From contig JAQVUX010000004.1 of NCBI GenBank assembly GCA_028699255.1, positions 24,668 through 88,667 on the forward strand: a stretch of DNA of 64,000 bases, written 5' to 3'. The translations under genes were made by a program, and so were the position numbers. The DNA comes from Candidatus Omnitrophota bacterium (GTDB taxonomy: Bacteria; Omnitrophota; Gorgyraeia; 2-01-FULL-45-10). Below are positions 36,331 through 45,525 of the stretch, piece by piece (positions within the stretch are counted from its first letter, which is position 1; the number at the start of each line of letters is the position of its first letter). Under the pieces are notes generated by a model. That model ran no database searches. It saw nothing but the letters and a program-made list of their open reading frames with translations, and was not told where the DNA came from.

Positions 36331-36662
36331 AAGATAATAAATATTTCGGCCAGATGAATGACCCGAGCGGCTCAGCCTATATTAAAGGTATATGCGGTGA
36401 CCAGATGGAATTTTATATAGTAGTGGAGAATAACAAAATAATCGATGTTAAGTTTCATACTGACGGGTGTGTTTATACATTGGCCTGCGGAGCTATGGCG
36501 TGTAAGCTTGCGGTAGGAAAAACTATTCAGGATGCATTGGGTGTATCAGCAGGACAGATAATTACAGAATTGAAGGTTTTACCCAAAAGCCATGTTCATT
36601 GCGCGATACTTGCAGTGAGTACGTTATATAAAGCTATAGCTGATTATTTACTTAAACCATGA
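36327..36662 (+). CDS. IscU/NifU-N-like Fe-S cluster scaffold-domain protein
   Basis: ICGDQMEF, GC...LACGA and HCAILA correspond to the three conserved Cys plus His of the IscU/SufU fold. Confidence 0.6.
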   Translation: MKDNKYFGQMNDPSGSAYIKGICGDQMEFYIVVENNKIIDVKFHTDGCVYTLACGAMACKLAVGKTIQDALGVSAGQIITELKVLPKSHVHCAILAVSTLYKAIADYLLKP

Positions 36663-36669
36663 GGGGAAC

Positions 36670-37380
36670 GTGAAACTAAAGATTCTTGCTGAGGGTTCGA
36701 CAAAGTGGCGGCGTTTTATAAAACATTGGGGGTTGTCTATCCTGATAGACGACGATATTCTTTTTGATACATTCGGCAAACCGGATTATGTCCTAAGACA
36801 GTTGAAAAGATTTAAAATAGACATTAATAAAATAAAACATATTGTCATTTCTCACGATGACTGGGATCACGTTACCGGTTTGGATAAAATATTGGAGCGC
36901 AACAAGAATGTCACTGTCTATATATGCCCGCATTTTAAACCGGATATTAAAGCCAAAATACGACATTGTGGAGCGCGAATTGTAGAGGTAGATGGAGTGA
37001 CAAATATACGTGATAATATTTATTTAAGCGGTGAACTCACAGGAAAACGTCGCGATTCCAATATACCGGAACAATATTTGGCGGTAAAGACAGCTAAAGG
37101 GATTATTGTCCTTACAGGATGCGCCCATCCAGGCATAATAGAAATTGTGCAGCATGCCAAAGCTGCTTTTAATATGAATGCGTATCTTATTATGGGTGGT
37201 TTTCACCTTAAAGATCATACGGTCGAAGAAATCCATAAGATTGTATTAAAATTAAAAGAACTTGGAGTTTGTCAGGTAATTCCTTTTCATTGCACAGGCC
37301 GGAACGCGCAACAGATATGTTTCAAAGAATACAGTGCAAATTGTTTTGCGGTAAACGAGGGACAATCAATAGAAGTATAA
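36670..37380 (+). CDS. Metallo-beta-lactamase-fold hydrolase
   Basis: SHDDWDHVTG (HxHxDH variant) plus downstream His/Asp ligands (GCAHPG, GGFH). Confidence 0.7.
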   Translation: MKLKILAEGSTKWRRFIKHWGLSILIDDDILFDTFGKPDYVLRQLKRFKIDINKIKHIVISHDDWDHVTGLDKILERNKNVTVYICPHFKPDIKAKIRHCGARIVEVDGVTNIRDNIYLSGELTGKRRDSNIPEQYLAVKTAKGIIVLTGCAHPGIIEIVQHAKAAFNMNAYLIMGGFHLKDHTVEEIHKIVLKLKELGVCQVIPFHCTGRNAQQICFKEYSANCFAVNEGQSIEV

Positions 37381-37411
37381 AATAAATATTTTTATGATAG
37401 AATGACAAACT

Positions 37412-37645
37412 ATGAAGAAAATATCTTTAGTGCATCTTAAACCTGACCAAAATGTTAAGGTTTCAGAAATTTTAGGAGGCGGCGGTTTACAGCATAGATT
37501 GACTAGTATGGGTCTGCATATAGGTATGAAAATCACCAAGCTTAGCCATATTGGATTAAGAGGGCCTGTAGTGATAAAGGTAGGCAGAAGTGTTCTTGCT
37601 CTGGGGCATGGTATGGCGGCAAAAGTTATCGTAGAGACGGAATGA
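37412..37645 (+). CDS. feoA: Ferrous iron transport protein FeoA
   Basis: 77-aa SH3-like protein. It lies directly upstream of feoB and overlaps it by 4 nt. Confidence 0.8.
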   Translation: MKKISLVHLKPDQNVKVSEILGGGGLQHRLTSMGLHIGMKITKLSHIGLRGPVVIKVGRSVLALGHGMAAKVIVETE

Positions 37646-39372
37646 TAAAGAAGATATATTTAATAGGCAATCCTAATGTCGGCAAAAGTGTGGTATTCTC
37701 CCGCCTTACAGATGTCCACGTAATCTCATCTAACTATCCCGGCACAACCGTAGAGTTTATTAAGGGCTATTTGAGCTTGGGAAATGAGAAGATCGAGGTT
37801 GTAGATTTACCCGGCACATATTCGCTGGAGCCGTCTTCAAGCGCCGAAGAAGTAGCTGTTTCCTTATTGAGAGAATGCTCTAAGAACGAAATCGCGGTGG
37901 TCAATATACTTGACTCGACCAATTTAGAGAGAAATTTGCTTTTAACCCTGCAGCTCATCGAAGAAGGATTTCCGACAATCGCATGCCTAAACATGTGCGA
38001 TGATGCTTTTCATAGGGGAGTTCATATTGATATTAAGAAACTGGAAGAAATAATACATATTCCGGTGATATCGACCTGTGCCGTAATCGGTGTAGGTATA
38101 AAATTATTGATCGACAGGATAAAAGAAGCGGCACCCGTCGTGAAAGATAAGGTTTCGCATGAAGAGCGTTGGAAAGAAATAGGACGTATTATCGAGCAGG
38201 TGCAGCGTCTTGAGCATCGTCATCATTACTTAAGAGAGATGCTGGAGGACGCGTCCGTGCGGCCAGTTTCAGGACTGATAATGGCGGCAGGGGTCATATA
38301 TGTATCGTTCAAGATAGTCCGGTTCATAGGCGAATTCATAATCGGTAGAATAACCGACCCTTTCTTTTACGGGACGATCCAGCCTTTGTTGGAAAAACTG
38401 GCCGCTCATTGGCAGGAAAAGAGTTTTATATTCCACTTACTTATAGGCGATCTAATCAATGGAAAGATCGATTTTAAGCAATCACTTGGTGTATTGACCA
38501 CAGCCCCTTACATTGAATTCGGTATGGTATTGCCGTATGTCATATCATTCTATCTTGTCCTAAGTCTTTTAGAAGATATAGGGTACTTGCCCCGTTTGGC
38601 GATATTACTGGATAATCTATTGCACCGTCTTGGCCTGCACGGCTACGCCATCATACCGGTGCTTTTAGGATTCGGTTGTAACGTTCCCGGTATATTGTCA
38701 ACGCGCGTTTTGGAGTCAAAACGCGAGAGATTTATCGCGTCGACTATTATTTCCATAGGTGTGCCATGTGTTCCACTGCAAGCAATGATTGTCGGGCTGT
38801 TGGGTGTATTTGGCGGTTTTTATGTGGGCGGGGTATATCTGGTGTTATTCATTATAATTTTGATATTAGGGATTATTTTAAACCGGGTATTGCCCGGATA
38901 CAGTCCCGAGTTTTTAATAGAAATCCCACCTTACAGATTTCCACCTTTAACAATGCTGGCAAGAAAATTATACTTTCGCGTTAAAGGATTTTTGTTCGAG
39001 GCGGTACCGATCGTTTTGATAGGCGTACTGGCTATTAATATCCTGCTGTATTTTAGGTTATTCGATATTATCACGGGAATATTCGCGCCGATTATCCATG
39101 GCTTATTCGGCTTGCCCAAAGAAGCGATAGTCGCCCTGATTATAGGTTTTTTAAGAAAAGATGTCGCAGTAGGGATGCTCGCGCCACTCGCGCTTTCAGC
39201 CAAGCAGTTATTCATAGCGGCAACATTGCTAGCGATATCATTCCCATGTATCGCTACGTTCATAGTTTTATGGAAAGAGTTGGGTGTGAAAGATCTGATT
39301 AAATCAACTGTCATTATGATAACGATTAGTATTATTGTGGGTACAGCGCTTAATTTTGTAGTATTGCGTTGA
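37642..39372 (+). CDS. feoB: Ferrous iron transporter FeoB (short form)
   Basis: N-terminal G-domain: G1 GNPNVGKS, G3 DLPG, G4 NMCD. A polytopic membrane domain follows. Confidence 0.88.
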   Translation: MIKKIYLIGNPNVGKSVVFSRLTDVHVISSNYPGTTVEFIKGYLSLGNEKIEVVDLPGTYSLEPSSSAEEVAVSLLRECSKNEIAVVNILDSTNLERNLLLTLQLIEEGFPTIACLNMCDDAFHRGVHIDIKKLEEIIHIPVISTCAVIGVGIKLLIDRIKEAAPVVKDKVSHEERWKEIGRIIEQVQRLEHRHHYLREMLEDASVRPVSGLIMAAGVIYVSFKIVRFIGEFIIGRITDPFFYGTIQPLLEKLAAHWQEKSFIFHLLIGDLINGKIDFKQSLGVLTTAPYIEFGMVLPYVISFYLVLSLLEDIGYLPRLAILLDNLLHRLGLHGYAIIPVLLGFGCNVPGILSTRVLESKRERFIASTIISIGVPCVPLQAMIVGLLGVFGGFYVGGVYLVLFIIILILGIILNRVLPGYSPEFLIEIPPYRFPPLTMLARKLYFRVKGFLFEAVPIVLIGVLAINILLYFRLFDIITGIFAPIIHGLFGLPKEAIVALIIGFLRKDVAVGMLAPLALSAKQLFIAATLLAISFPCIATFIVLWKELGVKDLIKSTVIMITISIIVGTALNFVVLR

Positions 39373-39395
39373 ACTATCTAATAGGAAGGTAATAT

Positions 39396-40391
39396 ATGAA
39401 GTTAAAGAAAATTTTAGCCATTCTCATAATAATCGTTTTGGTATATTCATTCCTGCCGCTTATCTCGTTTCAGTTCACCCGGTTAGCAGAAAAATCATCC
39501 AATAATCAGGCAACTGTCGAGCAGCTTAAGGAAAACAAGGGTGGCTACTTTTCCTTTATCGCCTTCGGCGATAGCCACAACGGATTATTTACTAATGACG
39601 CGTCCACTCTAAAATTAATTTGGCATATGAATAGGGAAGATAGATTCAGGAAAGTGCCGATAGATTTTGTGCTACATACTGGGGATGTCAGCCTAAACGG
39701 TTCCGAACACGATTTCAAAGCATGGAAGAAAATGCAAGCCCTTATTAAATACCCCATTATCGCGGCTATAGGAAACCATGACGATAGGAAACTTTTTGAA
39801 GAATATTGCGGCGATAAGCAGTTTGCCTTTGTGAACAGAAACTCTTATTTTATCGTTGTTGATAATGCCGATGGTGAGCCCGATCTTATGTGGCTTGAAG
39901 AAAGGCTAAAAGAAGGGAAAAAATACGAACATACCTTCGTTATAATGCACAAGCCACCATGCGACCCATACCAGCAAGAATGGTACAATATCGATAACGC
40001 GCCGTGGGCATACAGCTTAAGGAAACTTTTGGCTAAATATCATGTAGATATGGTATTCGCCGGACACAAACATATGTTTAAACACCAACGGTTCGATAAT
40101 ATCGATTATATCACTACCGGCGGAGGTGGGATGCTTATGGAGATCCCGGAATCTGAAGGAGGTTATTTACATTACATCCGGGTAATGGTCAATCATGACT
40201 ATGTGACTTATGAGGTAAGGAAGATATCACCGCCTCTATGGTTACACATAACATACTACCTTGGTAAGGAAGCGTTATATTGGGCGCGTAACTGGTATGG
40301 GTCGGGATATATTTTTGGCAGGAATGCGAAGATAATAGAACCCAAAGTCGAGAGTCTTAATGACCGTGAATATTGGTTCGGGGGAAAATAA
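39396..40391 (+). CDS. Calcineurin-like metallophosphoesterase with an N-terminal signal/anchor
   Basis: GDSHNG, GDVSLNG, GNHD and GHKH motifs. Confidence 0.75.
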   Translation: MKLKKILAILIIIVLVYSFLPLISFQFTRLAEKSSNNQATVEQLKENKGGYFSFIAFGDSHNGLFTNDASTLKLIWHMNREDRFRKVPIDFVLHTGDVSLNGSEHDFKAWKKMQALIKYPIIAAIGNHDDRKLFEEYCGDKQFAFVNRNSYFIVVDNADGEPDLMWLEERLKEGKKYEHTFVIMHKPPCDPYQQEWYNIDNAPWAYSLRKLLAKYHVDMVFAGHKHMFKHQRFDNIDYITTGGGGMLMEIPESEGGYLHYIRVMVNHDYVTYEVRKISPPLWLHITYYLGKEALYWARNWYGSGYIFGRNAKIIEPKVESLNDREYWFGGK

Positions 40392-40404
40392 TAAAAAATA
40401 GTCG

Positions 40405-40878
40405 ATGGTTGATAGTAATCGGTTTTTGTTTTATAATAAAAAGAAACAATTTCTATCTATAGGTGTTCCCTTGGAAATATTACTAACAAGATTAAAATCG
40501 AATAAACTGAAGCAAACCCCAAAAAGAAAAGCTATTCTAAAACTGTTTTTAGATAAAAAACGCTTTTTAAGTCCCGAAAAAATTTTCGCCGTTATAAAAA
40601 AAGAATTTAAAAGGGCAAGCTTTCCATCGATCTATCGGAATTTGGATGAGCTATACAGGATAGGCATTCTTATCAAAGTACAAAAACCTGATAGAAGATT
40701 ATATTATGCTCTGTGCATGGCGAAGAACGATACTCATCATCACCACATAATCTGCGTAAAGTGCGGCAAGATAGGCGAATTTAAAGGATGCGATATAATA
40801 AATAAAAAGAAGATAGGCGGATTTAAGATTTTAGACCATTCACTGCAATTAGAAGGCCTTTGCAGTAAATGTTCATAG
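40405..40878 (+). CDS. Fur-family metalloregulator. By context it is probably Zur (zinc uptake regulator).
   Basis: HHHHIICVKCGKIGEF...CSKCS. It lies adjacent to DUF3299-znuACB. The exact start is uncertain because the N-terminus is AT-rich and has no RBS. Confidence 0.7.
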   Translation: MVDSNRFLFYNKKKQFLSIGVPLEILLTRLKSNKLKQTPKRKAILKLFLDKKRFLSPEKIFAVIKKEFKRASFPSIYRNLDELYRIGILIKVQKPDRRLYYALCMAKNDTHHHHIICVKCGKIGEFKGCDIINKKKIGGFKILDHSLQLEGLCSKCS

Positions 40879-40885
40879 GGGTAAC

Positions 40886-41581
40886 ATGCTTTCATTTGTC
40901 GAAAAAGCGTTAACAAATACACCGATTTTGGCCATATTTATAGTATTCTGGGCCGGCGCTATCGCGTCTATGAGTTCCTGCACTCTTGTGCGGATTCCGG
41001 TTGTTTCCGGATATATCGCGGGCGCTGCAGGCTCTAAGAAGAAAGCCATCCTCCTTGCCCTGTCTTTTACGATGGGACTTATTATAAGCTACACGATATT
41101 AGGAATCCTACTAGGAATAGTCACTAACTTCTCCGGGACGCTCATAAAGTTCAGTAAGATCATTTACTGGTTCCTTGGAACACTGTTAGTGTTTAGCGGA
41201 TTGTTTTTGTCCGGCCTTATTAAATGGAAAGGCATGGAACATAGGCATGCCATTCAGGATAAATTCAAAAACGCCGGTTATTTGGGAGGATTTATTTTTG
41301 GGATGATATTTGCCTTTCTTGAAATGCCGGCCTGCCCATGTTGCAGTTCTGTTTTGATAATAATAGCGAGTATAGTAATGCTTAAGGGGTCATTTCTTTA
41401 TTCATTGATTATATTTATAAGTTTTGCGGTTGGCCAGAGCTTTCCAATACTGCTTATAGGAACCTCAACAGGACTGATTAAATATTTACTGCCCAAGATG
41501 GAACGTTCGGAAGAATGGATAAAGCTTGTGGCCGGGAATGTGCTGATAGTTCTGGGCATATGTTTTATTATTATTGCATAG
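40886..41581 (+). CDS. Membrane protein, tentatively DsbD_2/CcdA-like (cytochrome c biogenesis-type thiol-disulfide transporter) or a metal-handling permease
   Basis: Six TM helices. SSCTLVRIPVV resembles the CcdA SPCVLPLLP motif. A second Cys cluster is MPACPCCSSV. Confidence 0.4.
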   Translation: MLSFVEKALTNTPILAIFIVFWAGAIASMSSCTLVRIPVVSGYIAGAAGSKKKAILLALSFTMGLIISYTILGILLGIVTNFSGTLIKFSKIIYWFLGTLLVFSGLFLSGLIKWKGMEHRHAIQDKFKNAGYLGGFIFGMIFAFLEMPACPCCSSVLIIIASIVMLKGSFLYSLIIFISFAVGQSFPILLIGTSTGLIKYLLPKMERSEEWIKLVAGNVLIVLGICFIIIA

Positions 41582-41594
41582 GGGATTTTTTATT

Positions 41595-42206
41595 ATGGAA
41601 ACACAGGAGCCGAAATGTAGTTGCTGTCATGATCACGAATATAGGGTTTTAATCAATCCTGTAAAAAGACGCCTGTTCAGTATAATTTTTATTTTACTGG
41701 CATTAACTGCTTTGAAACCATTTTTATTTAGTCAGATATTTAAACGAGGCTGTGCTTATGTTGCCTATCCTTTATACGATGATGCTATAAGGCAATATAA
41801 AAAGTGCGTATTCTTAAACAAAAAGAGCGACGACGCCTGGGATTGGCTTGGTTATGCATATAAAGGTAAGGGGGATATCCAAAAGGCGATCGAGATTTAT
41901 GAATACGCAATCAAAATAAACCCCGATAATAAAAAAGCCCGTTTCAACTTAGGCATGATTTACGCTGTGAAAAAAAACTTTAATGAAGCGGCGGGACATT
42001 TTAAATACATTGCGGCTATGGGTAAAGAAAATGAGGTAACGCTCGACCTTATCTCATGTCATCGATCTTCCTGCGAAATGCTCATTACGTGTTTTGAAAG
42101 GATGGGAGATGTTATCGAATTGAAGCGCGCAATTGATATGACATTGAGATTTTATCCAGATAACAAGAAGGCAAAGGATAGGCTTTCGAAAATTGAAAGT
42201 ATCTAA
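41595..42206 (+). CDS. TPR-repeat protein with an N-terminal Cys/His cluster (CSCCHDHE) and a TM anchor
   Basis: TPR motifs (WDWLGYAYKGKGDIQKAIEIYEYAIKINPDNKKARFNLGMIY). The N-terminus is METQEPKCSCCHDHEY followed by a hydrophobic helix. The ORF track gives an alternative start at 41574. Confidence 0.6.
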   Translation: METQEPKCSCCHDHEYRVLINPVKRRLFSIIFILLALTALKPFLFSQIFKRGCAYVAYPLYDDAIRQYKKCVFLNKKSDDAWDWLGYAYKGKGDIQKAIEIYEYAIKINPDNKKARFNLGMIYAVKKNFNEAAGHFKYIAAMGKENEVTLDLISCHRSSCEMLITCFERMGDVIELKRAIDMTLRFYPDNKKAKDRLSKIESI

Positions 42207-42786
42207 AATGAAAAACACAATAAAGATTTGTTTTTTGTTGTTTATCGTAGTCATTGCCGTAAGTGCAGGCGTAGTCCCAAAGTCGCGCCATATTGATTTT
42301 GTGAGCATGCCGAATACCGCCGAAGCGAGCATAGAAAAAACAGGTGAGATTTACACCGTAACCTTTGAGCAGTTGGAACAAGCAAGAAAATATATCGACA
42401 AGGCAAGGAAAGGGGAAGATATAACGGATTTCCCGGAAGACTTATTGAAACTTAGCGGCAAAATGGTGAAAGTCACTGGAAATCTTCTTATCCCGAGAGA
42501 ACAATATTATATGAACGAACCGTTAAAGAATTTCGCGGTATCCAAGAACGCTTTCGGTTGCCCATGCTGCACATGGGGACCTCCGCCTACTGTATTTGAC
42601 AGCATCTTCGTGACTTTAAAAGAAGGAATTCGCGTAGACCCGCCTTATTCTCAATATGTCACCGTAACAGGTATCTTTAAGGCAGAGAAGCGCTCCTGCG
42701 AAGACGGAAGGCTTGCCGGTTTATTCTATATAACTAACGCTACGGCCGAAAAAGTGAAAAAATCATTTTTGAGCAGTATCTTTTAA
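42193..42786 (+). CDS. DUF3299-family lipoprotein/periplasmic protein (commonly Zur-regulated, zinc-acquisition associated)
   Basis: Signal/anchor sequence, then the CPCCTWGPPP motif characteristic of DUF3299. It lies directly upstream of znuA. Confidence 0.55.
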   Translation: MKVSKMKNTIKICFLLFIVVIAVSAGVVPKSRHIDFVSMPNTAEASIEKTGEIYTVTFEQLEQARKYIDKARKGEDITDFPEDLLKLSGKMVKVTGNLLIPREQYYMNEPLKNFAVSKNAFGCPCCTWGPPPTVFDSIFVTLKEGIRVDPPYSQYVTVTGIFKAEKRSCEDGRLAGLFYITNATAEKVKKSFLSSIF

Positions 42787-42798
42787 TTACCAAAAGCC

Positions 42799-42848
42799 CT
42801 TGACAATCCATCTTTGCGTGTTACTATAAATAGAAATGATTTCTATTT
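42799..42848 (+). promoter_or_regulatory. znuA promoter (TTGACA-N16-TACTAT) overlapped by a perfect 11-1-11 palindrome TAAATAGAAATgATTTCTATTTA (candidate Zur operator)
   Basis: The -35 is at 42799-42804. The palindrome is at 42826-42848. Its architecture is like the B. subtilis Zur box TAAATCGTAATnATTACGATTTA. Confidence 0.55.
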
Positions 42849-42860
42849 ATAAAAAGGAGG

Positions 42861-43853
42861 ATGAAAATGTTTAGAATAATTAAAGTCGTAGCTACTGTGC
42901 TTTTTGTCTGTGCATCATGTGCTTTTGCGCAGGAGGGCAAGGGAAAGATCGAGGTAATTACGACTCTATTCCCGACATATGATTTTGCTAAAGAAGTTGG
43001 TAAGGATAAAGTGAGCGTTTCGCTTTTACTGCCACCTGGAGTTGAGTCACATACATTTGAGCCAAAGCCGCAGGATGTTGTCAGGATCAACAAAGCCGAT
43101 ATATTTATATATACCGGTAAATATATGGAGCCGTGGGCAGAGAATATTCTCAAGGGTATTTCCAATAAAAATCTTTTAGTTGTTGACGCGAGCAAAGGTA
43201 TCGAGCTTATGGTTGAAGATGACCATGATGAAGAGGGTGAACACCATGAAGGAGAGGCTGAGCATAATGAAGAAGATCATCATGATGGTGAACATGGTCA
43301 CCATCATCACGGAGGGAAAGATCCTCATATCTGGTTAGATTTAGCCAATGATCAGATTATGGTTGATACGATTGCGCGGGCGCTATCGGAGAAAGATCCG
43401 GCTAACGGGAGTTTTTATTTAAAGAACGCGGAAGAGTATAAAACAAAGCTGGCTGATCTCGACAGGCGTTTTAAAGAAACGCTTTCCACGGCCAAATATA
43501 AGACGATCATCTACGGCGGGCATTTTGCATTTGGTTATTTCGTGAAGCGCTATAGGCTGGAGCATGATTCGCCGTATGACGGTTTTTCACCGAATGCCGA
43601 ACCAAGTCCCAAAGCCATAGCGGAGCTTGTCAATAAACTTAAAGCATCCGGCAGTAAATATATTTATTATGAAGAGTTGCTTGATCCAAAAGTCGCACGA
43701 GTGATCGCGCAGGAATCCGGAGCTAAGTTGGAATTACTTCACGGGGCGCATAATGTCAGCAAAGACGAATTGAATAAAGGCGTTACATTTATAGATATAA
43801 TGGAAGAGAACCTGAAAAAGCTGAAAGTCGGCCTTGAATGCAGTCAAAAATAA
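42861..43853 (+). CDS. znuA: Zinc ABC transporter substrate-binding protein ZnuA with a His/Asp/Glu-rich loop
   Basis: Signal peptide. Cluster-9 SBP fold. Loop DDHDEEGEHHEGEAEHNEEDHHDGEHGHHHHGG. Confidence 0.85.
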   Translation: MKMFRIIKVVATVLFVCASCAFAQEGKGKIEVITTLFPTYDFAKEVGKDKVSVSLLLPPGVESHTFEPKPQDVVRINKADIFIYTGKYMEPWAENILKGISNKNLLVVDASKGIELMVEDDHDEEGEHHEGEAEHNEEDHHDGEHGHHHHGGKDPHIWLDLANDQIMVDTIARALSEKDPANGSFYLKNAEEYKTKLADLDRRFKETLSTAKYKTIIYGGHFAFGYFVKRYRLEHDSPYDGFSPNAEPSPKAIAELVNKLKASGSKYIYYEELLDPKVARVIAQESGAKLELLHGAHNVSKDELNKGVTFIDIMEENLKKLKVGLECSQK

Positions 43854-44584
43854 TCGAAGTAAAAAATCTACGGGTTAAGTATCAGAACGTAGAAGCGCTC
43901 AGCGGAGTAAGCTTTGACCTGGATGCCGGTGACTATGTCGGCATTGTAGGTCCTAACGGTTCCGGGAAGACGACGTTAGTAAAAGCTCTTCTGGGGCTAT
44001 TACCTTTTGAGGGCAAAGTCAGCTTCCAGGGTAAGAGTTTTTCAGAATTCACCGCGCGTAAGCATGTAGGGTACCTTCCTCAAAAGATGTCGTTTCTCGA
44101 CCAGCGCTTTCCGGCGACAGCCAAAGAGATCGTTGTTTCCGGCGTGTATTGCTGCAAAAGATTTCCGATAACGCTAAATAATGAGGACTACATAGCGGCG
44201 GAACAATCGATGAAAATACTCGGGATCACGAATCTCAAAAATCGCCCTATTGGCAGATTATCAGGCGGCCAGCAACAGAGGGTGCTATTGGCTCGGGCGC
44301 TTGTTCATTCTCCGGAGGTCTTGATCCTTGATGAACCTACCGTGGCCTTGGATCCTCAATCCCGCGAAGCTTTCTATTCTACGGTGCAGAAACTGAATAA
44401 GGAAAAGAAGGTAACGGTAATTTTGATATCACACGATGCCGCTTCTGTCGGAAAATACGCATCGAAATTACTTTATATAGATAGAAAAGTAATATTCTAT
44501 GGGACATTCGAGGAATTCTGTAAATCTGCTCAAATGTCCGATTATTTCGGGCCGGGCCAACACATCATCTGTCACAGGCACTAG
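43838..44584 (+). CDS. znuC: Zinc ABC transporter ATP-binding protein ZnuC
   Basis: Walker A GPNGSGKTT, signature LSGGQQQRV, Walker B ILDEPT. Confidence 0.85.
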   Translation: MQSKIIEVKNLRVKYQNVEALSGVSFDLDAGDYVGIVGPNGSGKTTLVKALLGLLPFEGKVSFQGKSFSEFTARKHVGYLPQKMSFLDQRFPATAKEIVVSGVYCCKRFPITLNNEDYIAAEQSMKILGITNLKNRPIGRLSGGQQQRVLLARALVHSPEVLILDEPTVALDPQSREAFYSTVQKLNKEKKVTVILISHDAASVGKYASKLLYIDRKVIFYGTFEEFCKSAQMSDYFGPGQHIICHRH

Positions 44585-44587
44585 ACT

Positions 44588-45412
44588 ATGGATATATTAG
44601 GACAAATACACGAAGCTCTTCAATATGCTTTTATTCAGCGCGCGATTATTGCCGGTTGTTTTATGGCGCTTGGCTGTTCGTTTCTCGGGGTATTTCTTGT
44701 ACTACGCCGTTTTTCTCTGATAGGTGATGGCCTCGCTCATGTAAGTTTTGCTACTGTTGCCCTTGCTCTTCTTTTGCAGGCCCAACCAATGATAGTTTCG
44801 ATACCTCTGGTGGGTCTTGCCTCACTCCTTATCCTTAAGCTTAACGAAAAAGCTCATGTTTACGGTGACGCGGCGATAGGGCTCGTCTCGTCTTTTGGTA
44901 TTGCCATAGGAGTTATTATCGCCAGTACGGCAGGCGGATTTAATGTAGATCTATTCAGTTATCTTTTTGGAAATATACTATCGGTGAGTGGTCTTGAAGT
45001 TTGGATAACGATAATAATATCTTCTTTGGTGGCGTTCGTCACAGGCCTGTTTTACCATGACCTTTTTGCCATAACATTCGATGAAGAATATGCGCAGGTT
45101 TCCGGAATAAAAGTGCGCTTGGTAAACAGGATTCTAATATTACTTACCTCATTTATAGTGGTATTGGGCATAAAGATTGTGGGCACAATGCTTGTATCGA
45201 GCCTCATAATATTGCCGGCAATATCAGCGTTACAGATAACAAAGAGCTTTCGTGCCACCATTGCGCTTGCCGGAGTATTCGCGATTATCTCGGTAATAAT
45301 AGGTGTCTTTGCTTCTTATGTAATGAATTTACCTTCGGGGGCTACTATCGTTATGGTCAATTTTGTATTTTTCATAGGTGCATTTTTATTTCATAAGATG
45401 CAGAGACGATAA
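44588..45412 (+). CDS. znuB: Zinc ABC transporter permease ZnuB
   Basis: ABC-3 family 8-TM permease, directly after znuC. Confidence 0.85.
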   Translation: MDILGQIHEALQYAFIQRAIIAGCFMALGCSFLGVFLVLRRFSLIGDGLAHVSFATVALALLLQAQPMIVSIPLVGLASLLILKLNEKAHVYGDAAIGLVSSFGIAIGVIIASTAGGFNVDLFSYLFGNILSVSGLEVWITIIISSLVAFVTGLFYHDLFAITFDEEYAQVSGIKVRLVNRILILLTSFIVVLGIKIVGTMLVSSLIILPAISALQITKSFRATIALAGVFAIISVIIGVFASYVMNLPSGATIVMVNFVFFIGAFLFHKMQRR

Positions 45413-45525
45413 ATGACAAATAACGTACTTCATGCCTAAAAAGTTCATATTTAAAATACTTTAAAAAATGGATTATGTAGAATATAATCGTTAAATATGA
45501 TTAATACTAAATCCATTCATAAATA

